NCBI GenBank assembly: GCA_965363375.1
Contig: CBDTUH010000001.1
Span: 1 to 47,781 of the forward strand
Length of the DNA: 47,781 nucleotides
Source: an uncultured bacterium
Lineage (GTDB): Bacteria > Bacteroidota > Bacteroidia > Chitinophagales > Chitinophagaceae
Direction of reading: 5' to 3'
In this document: positions 1 to 9,614 of the stretch, piece by piece
Numbering within the stretch: position 1 is the stretch's first letter
How the letters are laid out: every line of letters starts with the position of its first letter
Program-made: the position numbers and the translations under genes
The notes under the pieces: model-generated
Told to the model about the DNA's origin: nothing
Database searches by the model: none
The model's input: the letters and a program-made list of their open reading frames with translations, nothing else

Positions 1-2
1 CG

Positions 3-980
3 CTGGTAAAAGCGAGCGAAACTGTAGGTAAAGCTTTAAAGAAAGGCGATATCGTTGTTTATGAATCAACAGTATACCCGGGCGTAACGGAAGATGAATG
101 TGTTCCCATTTTGGAAAAAGTATCGGGCCTGAAGTTTAATGAAGACTTTTATGTAGGCTACTCGCCTGAAAGAATAAACCCCGGTGATAAAGAACATACG
201 GTGACAAAAATTAAAAAAGTTACCTCCGGTTCCACGCCAGAATCTGCAAAAATTGTAAACGACCTTTATAGTAGCATAATTATTGCTGGAACGCACCTGG
301 CGCCCTCCATTAAAGTAGCAGAAGCCGCCAAGGTTATTGAAAATGCCCAGCGGGATATCAATATTGCTTTTATTAATGAACTGGCCAAGATATTCAACCA
401 TTTAAAGATTGATACTCACGAGGTATTAGCTGCCGCGGGTACTAAATGGAACTTTTTACCGTTTAAACCGGGTCTTGTAGGCGGGCATTGTATTGGTGTA
501 GATCCTTACTACCTGGCGCAAAAGGCTATGGAAGTGGGCTACCACCCCGAAATAATTTTAGCAGGCCGCCGTCTGAACGATGGTATGGGTCCTTACGTAG
601 CCGATGAAGTAATCAAGCTGATGGTACGCAAAGGCATTCAGGTGGTAGGCAGCAAAGCCCTTGTACTTGGCATAACTTTTAAAGAAAACTGCCCCGATGT
701 ACGTAATACTAAGGTAATTGACATTATCAATCACCTCAAGAATTACCATATTAATGTGGATGTATACGATCCATGGGCGGACCCCAAAGAAGTGGAACAC
801 GAATATGGCATAAAAACCATGAAAGAACAGCCGGAAAACTGCAATTACGATTCCGTAATTGTAGCCGTTGGACATAAGGAATTTGATTATGCCATGATCA
901 AAAACCTGTGCAGCGATCCTTGTGTACTATTTGATGTGAAGGCTATTTTCGACAAAGAACTGGTAGATGCCCGCTTATAA
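3..980 (+). CDS. Nucleotide-sugar dehydrogenase (UDP-GlcNAc/GalNAc 6-dehydrogenase, TviB/WbpO type), 5'-truncated by window edge
   Basis: Frame is open from position 3 (LVKASETVG...YESTVYPG). Contains the motifs [28 protein letters not shown] and [14 protein letters not shown]. Confidence 0.9.
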   Translation: MVKASETVGKALKKGDIVVYESTVYPGVTEDECVPILEKVSGLKFNEDFYVGYSPERINPGDKEHTVTKIKKVTSGSTPESAKIVNDLYSSIIIAGTHLAPSIKVAEAAKVIENAQRDINIAFINELAKIFNHLKIDTHEVLAAAGTKWNFLPFKPGLVGGHCIGVDPYYLAQKAMEVGYHPEIILAGRRLNDGMGPYVADEVIKLMVRKGIQVVGSKALVLGITFKENCPDVRNTKVIDIINHLKNYHINVDVYDPWADPKEVEHEYGIKTMKEQPENCNYDSVIVAVGHKEFDYAMIKNLCSDPCVLFDVKAIFDKELVDARL

Positions 981-986
981 ATTTTT

Positions 987-1026
987 AAAAGGAAATTGAG
1001 AGGTTTAAACCTTTTGATTTCCTTTT
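987..1026. repeat. Head-to-head pair of the 21-bp motif forming a 40-bp imperfect palindrome
   Basis: aaaagga-aattg-agaggttta (987-1007) overlaps taaaccttt-tgatt-tcctttt (1006-1026), 6 nt after the stop at 980. Confidence 0.75.
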
Positions 1027-1115
1027 ACTCCAAACGCTCCTGAAAAACTAATTCTTTATCTAAGTTCTGAAAAACCACTTAACCCTATTTTAAATAAAGA
1101 ATTAACCTGCCTCTA

Positions 1116-1898
1116 ATGATCAAAAGAAGCGTTTTTTCCTGCACTTTGGCTACATTCAGCCTGAGCATTCTTATTTTAGTATTATTTAGTTCGTGCGAAT
1201 CTGCTAAGGCAAGAGGTTTTTTTACTGACCTGCCTGACAATGATATTATTCACCTGCCGCCAATGCCATATGAAGATAGGATTATTGAGCCGGGTGATTA
1301 TTTAAGCATTGTATTTACACCCAAAGTAAAAGAAGATGAAGCGGCTGCTTTCTGGGCGCCTCCTCCCTTGGCTACGGGTGCTGCTGCTAATACCGGATAT
1401 CAGGTAGACCCTAACGGCAATGTAGATCTGCCAATGTTAGGAAAGGTAAAAGTTTCCGGCCTTACTGCCGATGCGCTCCGCAACTCGCTTACCCGTAGTG
1501 CCAGTGTTTACCTGAAAGAACCCATGGTAGATGTACGTTTTACTACATTCCGTATTTCGGTAATTGGCGTAGGCGCCGGCATAAAAGAATTGCCGTCACA
1601 AAAGAATACCTTACTTGATGGACTGGCTATGGCCGGAGAAATAGAAAGAATGGGAAATCTGAATGATGTAAGACTTTTCAGAGAATATAAAGGACAACGT
1701 ACCATTTACAAAATAGACCTTCGGAAAAAAGAAGTGCTAAACAATCCAGAATTGTTTCAGCTGCGCCATAATGATGTTATCTATGTAAAAACCAGGCCTA
1801 GCGCCATTTACCGCGAAGATGTAAGATTCTTTACCTCTGTATTTTCTTTTGTGGTGGGCATCATCACATTAGGTTTCACCATTGCTAACAACAACTAA
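1116..1898 (+). CDS. wza: Polysaccharide export lipoprotein (OPX/Wza family)
   Basis: Lipobox-like LFSSC, polysaccharide export motif YQVDPNGNVDLPMLGKVKVSGLT, C-terminal hydrophobic helix. Lies directly upstream of wzc. Confidence 0.85.
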   Translation: MIKRSVFSCTLATFSLSILILVLFSSCESAKARGFFTDLPDNDIIHLPPMPYEDRIIEPGDYLSIVFTPKVKEDEAAAFWAPPPLATGAAANTGYQVDPNGNVDLPMLGKVKVSGLTADALRNSLTRSASVYLKEPMVDVRFTTFRISVIGVGAGIKELPSQKNTLLDGLAMAGEIERMGNLNDVRLFREYKGQRTIYKIDLRKKEVLNNPELFQLRHNDVIYVKTRPSAIYREDVRFFTSVFSFVVGIITLGFTIANNN

Positions 1899-1910
1899 AA
1901 AAATTTCGTT

Positions 1911-4247
1911 ATGGAACAAGTAACTTTTGAGGAAGAGAGCAGTAAAGGTTTTGATATAAAACGTTTCTTTTCGAAACTGGCAAAAAATTGGTATTGGTTT
2001 GTAATTACAATGGGGTTATTTGCTGGAATGGCTTATACTTATTTGCTTTTCACACCTACCACTTACAACGTATCGGCTTATGTACTGATAAAGCATCCGG
2101 CAGAAGCATCTAATATGCTTGGCGGTTCTGCTTTTGGAAGCAGTCAGAAAGAAAGCTGGCTGGATGTTAACAATGAGATTTTTAAATTCCGCTCCGGTTC
2201 CATTGTTCGGAAAGTAGTCGATTCTCTGGATCTTGACGTCCAGGTTAAAACTGATATAAAAGGAAAAAACCAGGTTGTTTCTTTAGACTCTATTCCATTT
2301 CAAATATATATTCAAAGAAAGCAACCTGATATTGCGAGCCCGGAATACAAACTTTCACTGCAGGAGTCTTCTTACACCTTACAATCGGAAAATGAGTCTT
2401 TGACCGGTTCTTACAATCAGCCACTTTTCGTTGGCGGCGACAGTTTGATTATTGCAAAAAAGAACAATGTATCAATTCCTTCCACCAAAGAATTTGATTT
2501 ACAGTTTTTAAGTAAAAGCGCAACGGTTTCAAAGTATATTGGACGCACAGAAATTGTTCCTGTTCCTAAAGCAGGTGAAGGTTTATTGCAAGTAACTGTT
2601 AGAGATGAAGTGCCGTCAAGAGCAAAAAAATTCATCAATGTTTTAGTTACAAATTATGATATTGCGAACCTAGATCATAACAACCAGGCGCTGCGCAAGG
2701 AAATGGACTTCCTGAATGAGCGACTGGCTTCAGTAAGTGAAGAGCTGGACGCACAAGCAAAACTTGTTCGCGATTTCAAAGCGGGTAACCAAGTATTTGA
2801 TGTTGCCTCTTCAGCCAGCCAACTGTTGGGAAGCTTACCTCAAATTGATAACCAGCGTACCAGCAACCTCTTGAGACAAGATTTAGCCAACCTGGTAGAG
2901 TCAAACATAAGAAGCTATAATGGCCGGGAAGAAATTGTACCTAACAGCAACGGACTTAATGATCCTGTTTTGAGCAGCCAGATCGGTAGCTACAATCAGC
3001 TGGTTTTGCAAAAGAGAAGTATTCTTGACAGGGGCACTGCACAAGACCCACGCCTGGACCCAATTAATGGCCAAATGGAAGAACTCAGAACGAATATTCT
3101 AAAAAACATCAGGAATATTAAAAGTGAGATCCGGGCCAACAATAATTCCCTTGCCAGCCAGGAAAGGAAAATAACAGGCCGTTTCTCTACCATGCCGGAA
3201 AAAGAAAAAGAACTGATTGAACTAAACCGTGTGCTGGGTATTAAGCAATCACTTTATACTTTCCTGCTGCAAAAGAAAGAAGATAAAAACCTGGAACTGG
3301 CATCTGCTGAAATTGCAGAATCTAGAATTGTGGATGGGGCAAAAAGTATATCTCAATACCCTGAGCCATCTCTTTTTTACATGATAGCACTCGGTGCCGG
3401 CTTGCTGTTGCCCATCTTAATCATCCTTGTTCGTATTTTAATGAACAATAAAATAGAAACACGACAGGATGTGGAAGCCCTCACAAAGCTGCCCATTGCA
3501 GGTGAAATAGGAGATGCCCGTAAAAAGAATAAAGAACTGGTAGTTACAAGCGACAACAATTCTCCAGAAGCTGAACATTTCAGAACTTTAAGAACCAATA
3601 TTTCTTACTTAACCCGGGGTATAGCTCATAAAACACTTTTGGTAACATCTTCAAAAAGTGAAGAAGGTAAAAGCTTTATCAGCCTGAACCTGGCCAATAG
3701 CATTGCCATTGGTGGTAAAAAAGTGGCCCTGCTGGAATTTGATCTAAGAAATCCAGGGTTGTCTACCAAATTGGAAATGGCCAACACTACAGGCATTGTT
3801 AACTTCTTGATGGAAGAAGCTACTTTGGAAGAAATTGTTCAGCCTACAACGAGTTCTGAAAATCTCTTCTTTGTAAGCTCTGGTTACCCACTGCCATCCA
3901 ATCCGGGTGAGATCATTCTTTCAGACCGGATGGAGCTGTTATTTGAGCACCTGAAAGAAAATTTTGACGTTATCATTATAGACACACCGCCGGTAGGCCC
4001 CGTTTCTGATGCATTGACACTCGGCAGGTTTGCCGATATTTCTTTCTTTGTTGTAAGGCATAAGTATACCTTGCGCACAACATTAAAGTTGATCAATAAA
4101 CTGAGTGAAGATAAAAAGCTGCCGCGCCTGACGCTTATCATTAATGGCATAATAGATAACAAGGAGTTTAATTACGGTAATGACTTTGCTTATGGTTATG
4201 GCTACCAGGCAGATGAAAAGAAAAAGAAAGCCATGATCAGTAATTAA
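1911..4247 (+). CDS. wzc: Polysaccharide co-polymerase / BY-kinase (Wzc/GumC family)
   Basis: Two TM segments around a coiled periplasmic region. Walker A TSSKSEEGKS, A' LLEFDLRNP, B IIIDTPP, and C-terminal Tyr cluster NYGNDFAYGYGY. Confidence 0.92.
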   Translation: MEQVTFEEESSKGFDIKRFFSKLAKNWYWFVITMGLFAGMAYTYLLFTPTTYNVSAYVLIKHPAEASNMLGGSAFGSSQKESWLDVNNEIFKFRSGSIVRKVVDSLDLDVQVKTDIKGKNQVVSLDSIPFQIYIQRKQPDIASPEYKLSLQESSYTLQSENESLTGSYNQPLFVGGDSLIIAKKNNVSIPSTKEFDLQFLSKSATVSKYIGRTEIVPVPKAGEGLLQVTVRDEVPSRAKKFINVLVTNYDIANLDHNNQALRKEMDFLNERLASVSEELDAQAKLVRDFKAGNQVFDVASSASQLLGSLPQIDNQRTSNLLRQDLANLVESNIRSYNGREEIVPNSNGLNDPVLSSQIGSYNQLVLQKRSILDRGTAQDPRLDPINGQMEELRTNILKNIRNIKSEIRANNNSLASQERKITGRFSTMPEKEKELIELNRVLGIKQSLYTFLLQKKEDKNLELASAEIAESRIVDGAKSISQYPEPSLFYMIALGAGLLLPILIILVRILMNNKIETRQDVEALTKLPIAGEIGDARKKNKELVVTSDNNSPEAEHFRTLRTNISYLTRGIAHKTLLVTSSKSEEGKSFISLNLANSIAIGGKKVALLEFDLRNPGLSTKLEMANTTGIVNFLMEEATLEEIVQPTTSSENLFFVSSGYPLPSNPGEIILSDRMELLFEHLKENFDVIIIDTPPVGPVSDALTLGRFADISFFVVRHKYTLRTTLKLINKLSEDKKLPRLTLIINGIIDNKEFNYGNDFAYGYGYQADEKKKKAMISN

Positions 4248-4275
4248 TACATTTTGTACTTCAACTTTTGTAAAC

Positions 4276-4314
4276 AGTGATAATCAGGTTAGCAATAGCT
4301 TGATTATCACTTTT
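4276..4314 (+). terminator. Probable intrinsic terminator after wzc
   Basis: agtgataatcaggtta-GCAA-tagcttgattatcact: 16-bp stem with 2 G-U pairs and a GNRA loop, followed by a T run. Confidence 0.7.
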
Positions 4315-4319
4315 ATCTT

Positions 4320-4340
4320 AAAAGGAAAAAGAGACGTTTT
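4320..4340 (+). repeat. 21-bp motif copy (perfect)
   Basis: aaaagga-aaaag-agacgtttt. Confidence 0.9.
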
Positions 4341-4416
4341 TCACAAGACTGATTGAACATCTTTTGCAGAAAATTTTTTCCATCTTTTTTTAATCCGTAT
4401 TACTTTAATAAAGGCA

Positions 4417-6216
4417 ATGAAGATTTCTTATAAGAATAATTTTTTAGGTTACTTCAAATTCTATTATAGTGTGTTGGGCAATAAAATTATCTACTGCCTG
4501 GCCATGAGTATACTTATAAGCTTTCTGGATGGTATAGGCATTGCCATGTTTATTCCACTTTTAGAAATTGCCAGCAACGCGGAAAGTGGCGTAGCTGATG
4601 AGGGAGCCTCTCTGGGAAAACTGCAATATTTAACTGACTTTATACAGCAGTTAGGAATGGAACTGAATGTTACCAATGTATTGATTATCCTGACCTCGCT
4701 TTTTACTTTAAAAGGTATTTTAAAGTATGTGCAGCTGAATTATTATGCCCGGATCAGGGAGATTTTTATTAAAAAAGTCCGGTACTTTTTAGTTGAAAAC
4801 TTACAAGGTATTTCCTATAGTGCTTTTTTAAAGCTTGATGCCGGTAAAATTCAAAACACACTGACCGGTGAAGTGCAGCGCTTGCTGCAAACTATGACCT
4901 ATTATTTTACGGCTTCACAGGCCATTTCTATGCTTGCAACCTATGTGGTGCTGGCATTACTGGCTAATTACCAATTTGCTTTGCTGGTAGCCGTAGGTTC
5001 TGCACTCTCCAACCTTATTTACAGGAAAATTTATAAATCCACCAAGCAGGCATCTTTTGCGTTGGCCAAGCAAGGCAGCGATTTTAACGGTCATCTTATA
5101 CAGTCCATTAATTATTTTAAATACCTGAAATCAACAAACACATTTGGAGCTTACTCCAACAAGCTCAAAAAAGTGATTAACGAAACTGGTGTGCTGAACT
5201 TGAAGATCGGCAAACTAAATGCTCTGGCCACTTCCATTAAAGAACCGCTTATTATTTGCATTGTCAGCCTGGTGATAGTGCTGCAGCTAAAATGGATGGG
5301 AACCGGTCTGGATGGAATCATACTAAGTCTGCTGCTTTTTTACAGGGCACTTACTTACCTGATTCTGGTACAAAGCTCCTGGCAAAAGTTTATTGAATTC
5401 AGCGGCGGTATGAATTCGGTGGCTGTTATGACGCAGCATATGACGGCTGCCAAAGAAAAGTTTGGTTCGTACCAGGTAGAAGCCATCAATGAGCAGCTTG
5501 AATTTAAAGATGTTACCTTCTACTACGACACAAAAGTTGCACTAAACCATATTAACCTGACCATTCCTGCCCGGCAAACCATTGCACTGATAGGAGAGAG
5601 CGGCTCCGGCAAAACAACCATAGCCAACATGATAGCCGGCTTGTTTTTACCAAAGAGTGGCGACATTTTAATTGACGGCATGCCTTTAAACCAAACCGAC
5701 CTGAACAGCTATAGAAACAAGATCGGATACATCTCTCAGGAGTCGGTTATTTTTAACGACAACATTTATAACAACATTACCTTTTGGGCTGAACCCACAG
5801 CTGAAAATAAAAGACGTTTTGAAGAAGTGATTGAAATGGCGTCTTTGAAAGATTTTATCGAAAGTCAGCCCGAAAAAGAACTGACCAATCTGGGTGACAA
5901 TGGTATATTAATATCAGGTGGCCAAAAGCAACGCATTTCTATTGCCCGTGAGTTGTACAAGAACGCTGAAATATTGATTCTGGACGAAGCCACATCTGCA
6001 CTGGACTCGGAAACAGAAAAGATGATCCAGGAAAATATAGAAAAACTGCACGGAAAATATACCATGGTACTGATTGCGCACCGCTTATCAACCATTAAAG
6101 AGGCGGACATCATTTATCTGCTGGAAGATGGAAAAGTTTCAGCCTCCGGCTCTTTCTACGAAATGATGAACAAATCAACCCGCTTCCAAAAAATGGTTTC
6201 GCTGCAGGCCGTTTAA
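4417..6216 (+). CDS. ABC exporter, fused TMD+NBD (MsbA/PglK-like), probable lipid-linked glycan flippase
   Basis: N-terminal multi-TM domain, Walker A GESGSGKT, signature ISGGQKQR, Walker B ILILDEATSALD, H-loop IAHRLST. Confidence 0.88.
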   Translation: MKISYKNNFLGYFKFYYSVLGNKIIYCLAMSILISFLDGIGIAMFIPLLEIASNAESGVADEGASLGKLQYLTDFIQQLGMELNVTNVLIILTSLFTLKGILKYVQLNYYARIREIFIKKVRYFLVENLQGISYSAFLKLDAGKIQNTLTGEVQRLLQTMTYYFTASQAISMLATYVVLALLANYQFALLVAVGSALSNLIYRKIYKSTKQASFALAKQGSDFNGHLIQSINYFKYLKSTNTFGAYSNKLKKVINETGVLNLKIGKLNALATSIKEPLIICIVSLVIVLQLKWMGTGLDGIILSLLLFYRALTYLILVQSSWQKFIEFSGGMNSVAVMTQHMTAAKEKFGSYQVEAINEQLEFKDVTFYYDTKVALNHINLTIPARQTIALIGESGSGKTTIANMIAGLFLPKSGDILIDGMPLNQTDLNSYRNKIGYISQESVIFNDNIYNNITFWAEPTAENKRRFEEVIEMASLKDFIESQPEKELTNLGDNGILISGGQKQRISIARELYKNAEILILDEATSALDSETEKMIQENIEKLHGKYTMVLIAHRLSTIKEADIIYLLEDGKVSASGSFYEMMNKSTRFQKMVSLQAV

Positions 6217-6227
6217 TGCCTTAGCAT

Positions 6228-6248
6228 AAAACGTCTGTTTTTCCTTTT
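6228..6248 (-). repeat. 21-bp motif copy (perfect, reverse)
   Basis: aaaacgtct-gtttt-tcctttt, 11 nt after the stop at 6216. Confidence 0.9.
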
Positions 6249-6276
6249 AAACCAAACTATACAGCCACCTTTAATT

Positions 6277-7356
6277 ATGATTTCAGTAAACAAGCCATTC
6301 CTGCCACCGATAGACGACTATAAACAGTTTATAGACGGCATTTGGCAGCGCAACTGGCTTACCAACAACGGACCGCTGGTAAACGAACTGGAACTGGAAC
6401 TGAAACATTACCTGCAGGCGCCGTATGTACTTTTTACAGCCAATGGCACCCTGGCACTTCAATTAGCCATACGGGCACTAGAATTAAAAGGAGAGATCAT
6501 CACTACACCCTATTCTTTTGTAGCTACCGCAAACAGCATTGTATGGGAGGGCTGCAAGCCAGTGATGGTGGACATTGATCCTGCAACTTTAAATATTGAC
6601 ACTACTAAAATTGAAGCAGCCATAACGCCCGAAACCTGCGCTATTTTAGCCACCCATGTATTTGGAAACCCCTGCGACATTGAAGCGATTGATGCCATAG
6701 CGTCCAGGCATAATCTTAAAGTTATTTACGATGCAGCGCACTGCTTTGGTACTACCTACAAAGGCAAGTCTGTGTACCTATATGGCGATGTAACCACTAC
6801 CAGTTTTCACGCCACCAAAGTTTTTCATACCATAGAAGGTGGTGCTGTTTTTACGAAAGACGCTGAAGTATTAAAGAAAATTGCCTTTATGCGCAATTTT
6901 GGACTGGATGGCCTTGAAAACTTTGCCTGCATTGGTATCAATGCTAAAAACTCAGAGTTTCATGCTGCAATGGGTCTGGCTAACTTAAGGCATGTATTTA
7001 CCGTTTTGGAAAAAAGAAAACAGGATTATCTCTACTACTCGCAACTGCTGCAAGGCTTATTTAAACAAGAGCAGGAAATAACAAAGAACGCTGAAATCAA
7101 TTATGCCTATTACCCAATCATTTTGCCTTCAGAAAAGGCGTTAAAGTCAATGGTAGAATTGCTGAATGCACATTCCATTTTTCCACGGCGGTATTTTTAT
7201 CCTGCTTTGAACACCCTGGATTATATTGAGCATTGCGAATGCCCGCATGCAACTGACATAGCTGCACGCACACTTTGCCTGCCATTGTATTACGAAATGT
7301 CAAAAGAAGAAATTCATTTTGTAGTACGAATTTTATTGAGGGCGCAAAACAATTAG
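6277..7356 (+). CDS. DegT/DnrJ/EryC1/StrS sugar aminotransferase (VioA-like)
   Basis: WLTNNGP, YDAAHCFG, SFHATK (PLP lysine), TIEGG, RRYFYP. Confidence 0.88.
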   Translation: MISVNKPFLPPIDDYKQFIDGIWQRNWLTNNGPLVNELELELKHYLQAPYVLFTANGTLALQLAIRALELKGEIITTPYSFVATANSIVWEGCKPVMVDIDPATLNIDTTKIEAAITPETCAILATHVFGNPCDIEAIDAIASRHNLKVIYDAAHCFGTTYKGKSVYLYGDVTTTSFHATKVFHTIEGGAVFTKDAEVLKKIAFMRNFGLDGLENFACIGINAKNSEFHAAMGLANLRHVFTVLEKRKQDYLYYSQLLQGLFKQEQEITKNAEINYAYYPIILPSEKALKSMVELLNAHSIFPRRYFYPALNTLDYIEHCECPHATDIAARTLCLPLYYEMSKEEIHFVVRILLRAQNN

Positions 7357-7359
7357 CAC

Positions 7360-8067
7360 ATGACGCTTGCTGTAATGCAGCCTTATTTTTTTCCCTACCT
7401 GGGGTATTTTCAATTGATAAATGCTGCCGACAGGTTCATTCTGGCAGACGAAGTGCAGTACATCAGGCACGGATGGATCAACCGCAACCGGGTTCAAAAT
7501 CAAAACGGAGATTGTACCTATATTATTGCTCCTGTTCAAAAGCATCCGTTAAAAACGACAATCAAAAACATTGCAGTTGTACCCGGTAAAAATTGGAAAA
7601 AAGAGGTCTTAAAAAAGCTGGAAAGCTATAAAAGAAAAGCGCCTTTCTATAAGCAAGTATATTCTTTTATAAATGATTGTTTTGAGTTTGAGGAGAGCAG
7701 CATTACTTTATTGAACCAACACTATTTGCTTAAGGCATGTCGCTATATTGGGATTGAAAAAGATATAAAGCTTCAATCGCAAATGGAACTGGATTATTCA
7801 AATGTCGAGAACAAAACCGACAGGGTATTGCAACTTTGCATTCAATTAGGTGCAGATAGCTATATAAACCTGCCAGGAGGCGCAGCGCTTTACGACAAAA
7901 ACATTTTTTTGAAAAATGGTATCGATCTGAAATTTATAAAACCCAACCTGCAGCCTTACCAGCAGCTGTCCGCTACTTTTGAACCTGCACTTTCAATTAT
8001 TGACGTGATGATGTTTAATGAGCCGGAAAAAATTAAGGAGATGGTTAAAGATTTTCAGCTCCAATGA
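7360..8067 (+). CDS. WbqC family protein (putative aminoacyl/glycine transferase)
   Basis: MQPYFFPYLGYFQLI, WINRNR, YINLPGG and LSIIDVMM are typical WbqC motifs. Confidence 0.85.
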   Translation: MTLAVMQPYFFPYLGYFQLINAADRFILADEVQYIRHGWINRNRVQNQNGDCTYIIAPVQKHPLKTTIKNIAVVPGKNWKKEVLKKLESYKRKAPFYKQVYSFINDCFEFEESSITLLNQHYLLKACRYIGIEKDIKLQSQMELDYSNVENKTDRVLQLCIQLGADSYINLPGGAALYDKNIFLKNGIDLKFIKPNLQPYQQLSATFEPALSIIDVMMFNEPEKIKEMVKDFQLQ

Positions 8068-9017
8068 AAGCAATCGGCGGTTATTTTGAACTGGAACTTC
8101 AAAAGGGAAAAGAGACGTTTCACACGGTTCCTGCATTGAAAAGCGGCAGGGCCGCACTACATGCCATTCTGAAAAAGTTGCGCCCGCAAAACGTCTATAT
8201 TCCCTTTTATACCTGCGATGGTTTGCTGGAATCTTTTGCTGCAGCAGCAGTACCTTACCAATTTTACGCCATAAATCATCAACTGGAACCGCAAGAATTG
8301 CCGGAGCTTAAGTCTGGTGAATATTTTTTGTACATCAATTATTTCGGCCTGAAAAACAAAATTGTTGAACGGCTGATAGAAAAATATGGCGACAAACTGA
8401 TTATCGATTGCTCGCAGGCTTTTTTTTACAAAGGTGATGGACAGGCCTGGAGTTTCAACTCATGCAGAAAGTTTTTTGGTGTTCCAGATGGTGGTTATAT
8501 ATATTATCCAAATGGTGTAGAAATAGAGGTTCCGAAGGAAAAAAACGAAGCCTATACCATCCAGCATTTGCTGCACCGGTTCAATGGAAATGTGAAAAAT
8601 GGCTATCCGTTTTTTGCCGAAAATGAAATACTGTGTAATGCAGACCTGAAAAGCATGAGTAGTCTAAGCGAATGTTTGCTTTCCCATATAAACTATGATG
8701 AATGCATGCTAAGGCGCAAAGAAAATTTCAGGTTTTTGCATCAAGAATTTAAAGACCGAAACCTGTTGAAATGGGAAGAAACCGAAAATGGAGTGCCAAT
8801 GGTGTATCCGCTTTTAACAGAAGAAAAAGTAAGACATGAAAAACTTTGGTCAAAAAACCTGTTTGTACCTATTTTCTGGCAAGATGTGATCAAAAGGAAA
8901 ATAAGAGGTTTTGCAACTGAAGAACATCTAACTAACCATTTACTGCCGCTGCCTGTTGACCACAGGTATACAGAAGAAGACATGCAGGAAATTGTTAGCC
9001 TCGTAAATAGCTTATGA
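8064..9017 (+). CDS. Divergent PLP-dependent DegT-like protein
   Basis: IGGYFELE, SGRAAL, YIPFYTC, IIDCSQAFF, SCRKFFGVPDGG, LPLPVDHRY. Confidence 0.7.
   Translation: MKAIGGYFELELQKGKETFHTVPALKSGRAALHAILKKLRPQNVYIPFYTCDGLLESFAAAAVPYQFYAINHQLEPQELPELKSGEYFLYINYFGLKNKIVERLIEKYGDKLIIDCSQAFFYKGDGQAWSFNSCRKFFGVPDGGYIYYPNGVEIEVPKEKNEAYTIQHLLHRFNGNVKNGYPFFAENEILCNADLKSMSSLSECLLSHINYDECMLRRKENFRFLHQEFKDRNLLKWEETENGVPMVYPLLTEEKVRHEKLWSKNLFVPIFWQDVIKRKIRGFATEEHLTNHLLPLPVDHRYTEEDMQEIVSLVNSL
8101..8208. repeat. Two intragenic 21-bp motif copies in opposite orientation
   Basis: aaaaggg-aaaag-agacgtttc (8101-8121, encodes QKGKETF) and aaaacgtct-atatt-ccctttt (8188-8208, encodes QNVYIPF). Confidence 0.8.
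8892..8912 (+). repeat. Intragenic 21-bp motif copy (AGAGG variant)
   Basis: aaaagga-aaata-agaggtttt, encodes KRKIRGF. Confidence 0.7.
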
Positions 9018-9556
9018 TCGATTATTCCGTATACATCCGTCCTCTTCAAATTGAAGACGCAGAAGTTTCTTACCGCTGGAGAAACAATCCAAAAATCTGG
9101 CGCTTCACCGGGTCGCGCCCCGACATTTTGGTAACACCTGAAATTGAAAAGGAATGGCTTGCTGGCGTGCTAAAGCGTGAAAACGAAAAAAGATTTGCCA
9201 TCTGCCTGAAAAGTAATGACGCTTATATCGGCAACATTTACTTTACCGATATCAAAGAGGGAGAAGCCCATATACACATTTTTATCGGCGATATTGAAAA
9301 CTGGGGAAGAAGAAGGGCATTTGAATCAATCGTACTTTTAGGCATTTATGGTTTTACACAACTGAACCTGCACACCATAAAGGCCGTTATAGACAAGAAC
9401 AATATATTATCGCGTGCGCTTGCCTCCTTCCTGCATTCTAGCCAGGTGGAGGAATTCACGGATGAAGCCACCCAGAAAACAATGACACGCTGGATATTTA
9501 CGCGCCAAATGTACGAACAGGATTTTCATCTCAAAGCTCTGCGGCACGTAAATTGA
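9014..9556 (+). CDS. GNAT N-acetyltransferase (RimJ/RimL-like)
   Basis: YIRPLQIED, WRNNPKIWRFT, YIGNIYF, HIFIGD. Overlaps the previous gene by 4 nt. Confidence 0.75.
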   Translation: MIDYSVYIRPLQIEDAEVSYRWRNNPKIWRFTGSRPDILVTPEIEKEWLAGVLKRENEKRFAICLKSNDAYIGNIYFTDIKEGEAHIHIFIGDIENWGRRRAFESIVLLGIYGFTQLNLHTIKAVIDKNNILSRALASFLHSSQVEEFTDEATQKTMTRWIFTRQMYEQDFHLKALRHVN

Positions 9557-9560
9557 TTTG

Positions 9561-9581
9561 GAAAGGGAAAACAGACGTTTT
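9561..9581 (+). repeat. 21-bp motif copy (1 mismatch)
   Basis: gaaaggg-aaaac-agacgtttt, 4 nt after the stop at 9556. Confidence 0.85.
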
Positions 9582-9614
9582 CTATTTTTTATCCGTATTC
9601 ATACCAACTAACTA

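Noticed and set aside
111-980. ORF-track start at 111
   Set aside because: The frame is open from position 3 with conserved dehydrogenase sequence, so the gene starts before the window.
3645-3675. Wzc Walker A reads SSKSEEGKS rather than the common GEGKS
   Set aside because: GKS, Walker A' and B and the Tyr cluster are intact. BY-kinase P-loops vary, so there is no basis for calling it inactive.
5800-5820. Half-matches to the motif (agacgtttt at 5812, ggacgtttt at 11491, 3-mismatch copy at 26239)
   Set aside because: They lack the second arm at the fixed spacing or have too many mismatches, so they were not counted.
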